The translations under genes were made by a program, and so were the position numbers. Of a DNA stretch of 64,000 nucleotides, positions 58,570-64,000 are shown in pieces. The DNA lies in assembly GCA_963717745.1 (NCBI GenBank), contig CAVQXJ010000011.1, positions 26,948 to 90,947 of the forward strand. Direction: 5' to 3'. Below the pieces are notes generated by a model that had not been told where the DNA came from, searched no databases, and saw only the letters and a list, made by a program, of their open reading frames with translations. How positions within the stretch are numbered: position 1 is the stretch's first letter; each line of letters opens with the position of its first letter. The stretch comes from an uncultured Acidobacteriota bacterium (GTDB taxonomy: Bacteria > Acidobacteriota > Vicinamibacteria > Vicinamibacterales > 2-12-FULL-66-21).

Positions 58570-61227
58570 TCATTCACTCTTCAACGCAATCACCGGGTCG
58601 ACCCGCGAGGCCCGCCACGCCGGGCCCGCTCCGGCCAGCCCGGCGACGACCAGCATGGCCAGCGCGGCCGCGCCGATCGACAGCGGGTCAGCGGGTGTGA
58701 CCTGAAACAGCAGCCCGCGCACGACGCGCCCCGAAGCCAGCGTGGCGGCGATACCAAGCGCGACGCCAATCGACGCGAGCATCAACGACTCCGAGAGCAC
58801 CCCGAACACCACGGTGCGCCGCTCGGCGCCGAGCGCCAGGCGCACGCCGATTTCGCGGGCCCGCCGTGACACGCCGTAGGCGAGCAGTCCATACAGCCCG
58901 GCGCACGAGAGCGCGGCCGCCGCGGCCGCCAGGAGTCCGGCCAGCGACGCCAGGACCCGTTCGGTGACGAGCGAGTCGCGGATGCGCTCGGCGACGGTCT
59001 GCATGTGCATCGGCACGACCGCGTCGAGACCACGGACCTCACTTCTGATGGCGTCGGCGACCGCGGTCCGGCCCGCGACGCGCAGCTCGATGAACATGTT
59101 GCCGCCCCGCTGCTGCAGCCAGGGCGCAAACGCCACCGCACGCGGAGCCTCCTGCAGCCGCTGATACTTGGCGTCCGAGACCAGACCGACAATCTGCAGG
59201 CTCTTGCGCGCTTTGTCCCGCCCGATCGTGATCTGTCGCCCCAGTGGATCCTGACCGGGGAAGAAGCGGCGGGCCAGCGTCTCGTTCACGACCACGACGG
59301 CCGGGGTTGTGCGCTGATCGTCCTCGCGGATATCCCGGCCACGCAGCAGCCTCATGCCGGTCGTCTCGAAGTAGTGCGGCGAAACGGTGTTGAAATACAC
59401 CAGCGTGGGCTCGGACCTGGGCGCGCCGTCGATGACCACGTTCTCGTTCCACGCGCCGTCGCCGCCGCTGAGCGGCGGATACATCGAGAGGCTCGCCGCC
59501 TCGACTCCCGGTACTCGCCGCACCCGCGCGACCAGGTCCTGATAGAAGCGGACGGCGCGGTCATCGTCATATCCGGCGGCTTCGACGTCAGCGGCGAGCA
59601 CCAGGACGTTCTGGCGGTCGACGCCGGCGCTCTGGTTCACGACCTCATACAGACTGCGTCCGAACAAGGCCGCGCTGCCGAGCAGCAGCACCGAGACCGC
59701 GACCTGCGCCGCGACGATCCATCGGCCGGAGGCCCAGCGCGGTGCGACGACGCTGCCGGCGGTGGGTGTGCTCTTCAGTCCGGATGCGGGATGGATCCGG
59801 GTCGACCGGAACGCCGGCCATACTGAACAAATCGCCGACGTGAAGGCCGCCACCACGATCGAGAACAGGAGGACCCGGCTACTCACGCCGGCGTCGAGCA
59901 CGATTGTCTGATCCCGGGTGGTCATCAGCGCGAGCAGCGAGCCAGCGCCCCATGACGCGATCAGGAGACCGCCGGTGGCCGCGATCAGGGTCCAGACCAG
60001 CGATTCGGTCAGCATCTGGCGAATCAGCCGCGCGCGGCCGGCGCCAATCGCCAGCCGCACCGCGATTTCCCGGCCGCGCCCGGCGCCGCGCGCCAGCAGC
60101 AGGTTCGCGGCGCTGGCGCAGGCGACGACGAGCAACAGCCCGACCAGCCCGAACAGGAACCACAATGGTTGGGCGAAGCGGTTGCGCACCCGGGAAAAGC
60201 CCGTGCGCGCCGATTCGAGCGACGTGGTCCTGCCCAGGTACTGCGCCCGCCGGCCGGCCTCGAGATTCGGCGGGGCGGTGGCCTCGAGCGCCGCCGGCCA
60301 GACCCGTCCCAGCCCTGCATTCGCTTCGGCCAGCGTGATCCCGCCGCGGAGCCGTCCAATCAGATGAACCCAGCTCGATGTGGCCGACCGCAGGTCGGAA
60401 GGATCCGCGTTGGTGGTCAGCGGGATCGTGATCTCAGGGGCAACTCCCGGGGCCACGCCGAAGAAGCCCGCCGGAGTCACGCCGACGATGGTGTGGGTGT
60501 CCGGTCCGATCCGCACGGTCCGGCCGATGACGGCCGGATCGGCGCCGTAACGCCGGTGCCAGGCCGCATCGCTGATCATGGCGACCCGGCCTTCACGGCC
60601 ACCGCCGATCCGGTCGTCGCTATCGGAGAAGGTGCGGCCGATCGCGGCGGTCACGCCGAGCGTCGCATAGTACTCGCCCGATGCGGTCAGGACCGGCGTC
60701 GGTTCCAGCTGCTGGCCCCACGCGACGTGCATGTCTTCGACACTCCAGGCGCCGAGACTCTCGAAGATCTCGGTGCCGCGCGCGCGGACCTCCGAGAAGA
60801 CCGGATACGAGAACGAGGGGCTGCTGAAATAGACCAGCCGTGCCGCTGCCGGCACCGGCAAATCTTTCAGCATCAGGCCGTCGACCAGCGTGAAGACCGC
60901 GGTCGCCGCGCCGATGCCCATCGCCATCACCAGCACCAGCGCGCTCATGAAAGCCGGAGCGCGGCGGAACATCCGCAAGGCATACGCGACGTCCTGCCAC
61001 GCGCTGTCCATCCACGGCGCGATCCAGGCGGCCCGCGCCTCTTCACGAGCCAGCATGACGTTCCCCATCACGCGGCGGCTGGCGGCCCCGGCATCCCGCA
61101 ACGTTTCGCCGTTCGCGCGGGCACGCTCCTCGGCCATGAGGCGATGGGCCTCGAGTTCTTCCGCCATTTCGGCCTCGAGCTTCCGCTGCTGCAGCAGGTA
61201 ACGGACCCGTCTCAGGAAGGTTGTCAT
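58570..61227 (-). CDS. ADOP-family duplicated FtsX/MacB-type permease with prefix domain
   Basis: MTTFLRRVRYLLQQRKLEAEMAEELEAHRLMAEERA.., two FtsX modules. A PadR gene lies 62 nt upstream. Confidence 0.9.
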   Translation of the reverse strand: MTTFLRRVRYLLQQRKLEAEMAEELEAHRLMAEERARANGETLRDAGAASRRVMGNVMLAREEARAAWIAPWMDSAWQDVAYALRMFRRAPAFMSALVLVMAMGIGAATAVFTLVDGLMLKDLPVPAAARLVYFSSPSFSYPVFSEVRARGTEIFESLGAWSVEDMHVAWGQQLEPTPVLTASGEYYATLGVTAAIGRTFSDSDDRIGGGREGRVAMISDAAWHRRYGADPAVIGRTVRIGPDTHTIVGVTPAGFFGVAPGVAPEITIPLTTNADPSDLRSATSSWVHLIGRLRGGITLAEANAGLGRVWPAALEATAPPNLEAGRRAQYLGRTTSLESARTGFSRVRNRFAQPLWFLFGLVGLLLVVACASAANLLLARGAGRGREIAVRLAIGAGRARLIRQMLTESLVWTLIAATGGLLIASWGAGSLLALMTTRDQTIVLDAGVSSRVLLFSIVVAAFTSAICSVWPAFRSTRIHPASGLKSTPTAGSVVAPRWASGRWIVAAQVAVSVLLLGSAALFGRSLYEVVNQSAGVDRQNVLVLAADVEAAGYDDDRAVRFYQDLVARVRRVPGVEAASLSMYPPLSGGDGAWNENVVIDGAPRSEPTLVYFNTVSPHYFETTGMRLLRGRDIREDDQRTTPAVVVVNETLARRFFPGQDPLGRQITIGRDKARKSLQIVGLVSDAKYQRLQEAPRAVAFAPWLQQRGGNMFIELRVAGRTAVADAIRSEVRGLDAVVPMHMQTVAERIRDSLVTERVLASLAGLLAAAAAALSCAGLYGLLAYGVSRRAREIGVRLALGAERRTVVFGVLSESLMLASIGVALGIAATLASGRVVRGLLFQVTPADPLSIGAAALAMLVVAGLAGAGPAWRASRVDPVIALKSE

Positions 61228-61289
61228 CTCAGTGATCCTCTGACACCAGCTTCATGGCCTGCTCCCGCACCCGCCTCACGGCGGGGCAT

Positions 61290-61628
61290 CTACGCGGACT
61301 CGAGCACCTGTTGGATGGCGCCGATCAGCCGCTGGAACTCCTTGCGCTCGGCGGCGAGCCGCTTGCGTCCGGCCGCGGTCACGGTGTAGTAGCGGGCCCG
61401 GCGGTTGTTCTCGGACGCGCCCCATTCGCCGCTGACCCACCCGTTCACCAGCAGCCGCTGCAGCGCTGGATACAGCGAGCTCTCGCCGACCACCAGCACG
61501 TCATCCGAGACCAGGCGGATCCGCTCCGCGATCGCATAGCCGTGCAGCGCGCCGCGGCCGAGCGTCCGCAGAATCAGCATGTCGAGGGTGCCGGGCAGCA
61601 AATCCGGCGGTTGATTGGTGACGCCCAT
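61290..61628 (-). CDS. PadR family transcriptional regulator
   Basis: LLPGTLDMLILRTLGRGALHGYAIAERI..ESSLYPALQRLLVNGWVSGEWGASENNRRARYYTVTAAGRKRL. Confidence 0.9.
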   Translation of the reverse strand: MGVTNQPPDLLPGTLDMLILRTLGRGALHGYAIAERIRLVSDDVLVVGESSLYPALQRLLVNGWVSGEWGASENNRRARYYTVTAAGRKRLAAERKEFQRLIGAIQQVLESA

Positions 61629-61632
61629 CTCT

Positions 61633-61655
61633 CTCCCATCGTTAGACGATGGGAG
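61633..61655 (-). promoter_or_regulatory. 9-bp perfect dyad immediately upstream of the PadR start, containing the likely RBS
   Basis: ctcccatcg ttaga cgatgggag. On the coding strand it reads ..ctcccatcgtctaacgatgggagagagATG, so the GGGAG Shine-Dalgarno-like block is one arm of the dyad. Confidence 0.4.
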
Positions 61656-61662
61656 TATAGAT

Positions 61663-61856
61663 CAAAATCCCAAGCTCCAAGCTCCAAATCCCAACCACGC
61701 CCAAATCCCAAGCTCCAACCACTCCCAACCCCCAAATAGCAATCGGAACTTCCAAACCGCCGGCAGCGAGGGGTTGGGCTTTGGAAATGGGAATTTACAT
61801 TTGGGACTTGGGGGTTGGGAGTGGTTGGAGCTTGGGATTTGGAGCTTGGGATTTTG
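61663..61856. repeat. palindromic intergenic element, family A
   Basis: The ~75-nt C/A-rich left arm (caaaatcccaagctccaagctccaaatcccaaccacgcccaaatcccaagctccaacc..) faces a T/G-rich right arm. 61821..61854 is identical to 1268..1301. It fills the whole gap between the tldD-like stop and the PadR upstream dyad. Confidence 0.85.
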
Positions 61857-61858
61857 CT

Positions 61859-63528
61859 CTAGGCGTACGCCGCGCCGACCATGATCTTGCGGATCCGCAG
61901 ATACGGCGAGCCGTGCGAGATGCTGTTGGTCTGGGTCGGCTGGCCCTTCGCGTCGCCGCCGGTGCCGAACATCCGCCACGACTCCTTGCCGGAAATCGCG
62001 TCGAGGTTGCCCCAGAAATCGGTGGTGATCGCGTTGTAGGTGACGTTGCTCACCATCCGCGTGATCTTGCCGTTCTTGATCTCCCAGAACGCGTTGCCGC
62101 CGAACTGGCCGTTGTAGCGCTGCTGGTCGATCGAGTAGCTGCCGCGGCCGTCGATCAGCACGCCGTCCTTGGTGTCGGCGATGATCTGTTCGGGCGTCGG
62201 CGATCCGGCCGGGCCCGGTTCGACGTGCACGTTCGGCATCCGCAGGAACGGGTAGTCGCGCCACGAGTTGGCGGAGGTGCAGCCGCGGCTCTCCTTCTCG
62301 CCGATGAGATGCGCCGTCTCGCGGTTGGTCTGCAGGCCCGACCAGGATCCCTTCGCGCACCAGCGGCCACTGCTGCGTCTTCACGCCGTCATCGTCGTAG
62401 CCGACCGTGCCGACGCCGCCGGGCATGGTCCGGTCCGCGGTGACGTTGAACAGCTTCGAGCCGTACTTGAGCTTGTCGAGGTCGGCAATCTTGACGAAGC
62501 TGGTGCCGGCGTAGTTCGCTTCGTAGCCGAGGATGCGATCGAGCTCGGTGGCGTGCGCCGACGATCTCGTGGATGGTGAGCATGGCGTGCGACGGGGTCA
62601 TCACCACGTCCTTGACCCCCATCTCGACCGGCTTGGCGGTGCAGAACTCGACCGCTTCGGCGGCGATGCGCTCGGCGTTCTCGGGCATCTGGGCGCGCTC
62701 GGCGATCTCCCAGCCGCCGGTCATCATCTCACCGGTGTAGGTGCGCGACTTGGTCTCGCCGTCCTTGCGCGCGGTCACCGTGAACGAGGGGGAGGAGGAC
62801 CAGACTTCCTGCTCGATGTACGAGCCTTCGCGAGCTGGCGAAGTATTTCCACTCGCGCTCGATCGCCGACCGATGCCGACACGTTGACCACGTCCTTGTT
62901 CTTCACCGCGATGTCGACGACGCGCTGGACCAGCGCCTGCTTGTCTTCGCGCGAGATCGAGTCGGGATTCTTCTGGACCGGGGTCGCCCAGTATTCGGTG
63001 TAGGCGCGGACCGGCGCCAGCACGACGTCGCGCTGCTTGGCGATGGCGCTGGCCTTGGCCACCTCGGTCGCGATGCGCGTGATCCGGCGGATCTCGTCCT
63101 CGGTGACGATCGGGCTGCTGGCGAAGCCCCACACGCCGCTGTGAATCACCCGCACCCCGAAGCCGGCCGCGCCGCGTCCGGCGGTCTCGTCGGCGCCGCC
63201 GAATCCACCGCCGCCGCCCCCACCGCCCCGGCCGCCCCGTCCGCCGCGCCCGCCGCGACCCCCGCCGCCAAAGCCGCCGAAGCCTTCGAAGTCACTGTTG
63301 CCGCCGGTGGCGTTGACGCTCGAGTTGGTGCGCCGGGTGAACCGGATGTCGGCATAGGTGCAGCCGGTGCGCTTCGCTTCGCCCAGCGCCACGTCCGCGA
63401 GCCCCTTGAATTGTGATTCCAGCGGTTTGCCCGCCGGCGACTGGGCGATCAGCTCGCCAACCAGATCGGTCGCGGCGATGGCCATGCCGGAGAAGGCGAC
63501 GGTCTTGACGAAGTCTCTGACGTTTCAT
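61859..63528 (-). pseudogene. tldD: Tat-signal TldD-type metallopeptidase, at least five frame breaks
   Basis: The family sequence can be followed only by hopping frames. MKR|RDFVKTVAFSGMAIAATDLV (break ~63519). ..NVSASVGDRA|EWKYFASS|EGSYIEQEVW (breaks ~62855 and ~62830). ..MLTIHEIVG|HATELDRILGYEANYAG..MPGGVGTVGYDDDG..REGILVG (break ~62556, inside HExxxH). |LQTNRETAHLIGEKESRGCTSANSWRDYPFLRMPNVHVEPG.. to the stop at 61859 (break ~62336). Confidence 0.8.
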
Positions 63529-63540
63529 GGCTCATCCCCA

Positions 63541-64000
63541 TCACACCGCGGGCGATACCGACGTCATGTAGAAGTCTTCCATCCGGACCGGCGGCACCAG
63601 CGCCGTGCCGGGACCGTCGTACGACTCGCCGGTGTGAATCGGCACCGGCTGTGCCGAGCGCGGTGATGTTGTTGAAGCCGACGATCGGCGACATGTTCCA
63701 GCGGAAGTTCTGCACCGGCCCGGCGATCTCGCCGTTCTCGATCAGGAACAGGCCGTCGCGGGTCATGCCGGTGTTGAGCAGCGTCGGTTGATCGACCGGC
63801 CGGATGTACCAGAAGAACGTCACCAGCAGCCCGCGGCGCGTGCTCTTGATCATCTCCGCGAGGGTCAGGTTCGAGCCTTCCATCACCAGGCTGTTGTTGG
63901 TGGTCGCGGGAGTCGGATCCTTCTTCTGGCGGGTCGCCCACTGGCGGTCGTAGTAGAGAGTCTTCAGCACGCCCTTTTCGACCCAGGTGACGTCGCGCGC
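63541..64000 (-). pseudogene. pmbA: PmbA/TldD family metallopeptidase, 3' part (5' end outside window), one frame break
   Basis: ARDVTWVEKGVLKTLYYDRQWA..RGLLVTFFWYIRPVD..DGLFLIENGEIAGPVQNFRWN..GFNNITALGTA, then after ~63648 (aca gcc g gtg) the C-terminus VPIHTGESYDGPGTALVPPVRMEDFYMTSVSPAV-stop (63541) is in the next frame. Confidence 0.75.

Overview
This is a GC-rich bacterial chromosomal segment (roughly two-thirds G+C by eye, not computed). The gene content points to Acidobacteria. It has three PadR-regulator/ADOP duplicated-permease pairs plus a fourth orphan ADOP-type permease. It also has a VWFA-related acidobacterial-domain protein, a Ser/Thr kinase fused to a TolB-like propeller, and a Tat-signal TldD/PmbA pair. 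I can support about 47 protein-coding loci. They cover DNA repair (xth, ogt, AlkD-like, DinB), envelope functions (alpha-2-macroglobulin + pbpC pair, BlaI/BlaR1-like pair, PAP2_C protein) and many peptidases (PepT, M28, S9, M48-like, TldD/PmbA). They also cover signalling (LytS/LytTR pair, PAS kinase, degenerate receiver) and metabolism (speA, guaB-like, ferritin, NUDIX, HAD). I saw no rRNA, tRNA, CRISPR array, transposase, integrase or phage genes. Two layers are not explained by ordinary gene annotation. (1) Almost every intergenic gap is occupied by a palindromic repeat element. There are at least six sequence families and about 17 copies, with 22-35 nt identical blocks shared across tens of kb. 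The arms of these elements are themselves short tandem arrays of family-specific 7-9 nt units. This is the most unusual signal in the window and I cannot match it to a described repeat class. (2) At least 16 single-base frame disruptions interrupt 10 otherwise clearly recognisable genes, and they are very unevenly distributed: six fall within 1.9 kb of the TldD/PmbA pair, and none in about 25 kb of other long ORFs. They may be assembly indels or genuine pseudogenisation. All frameshift positions were placed by manual translation and are good to about +/-5 nt.
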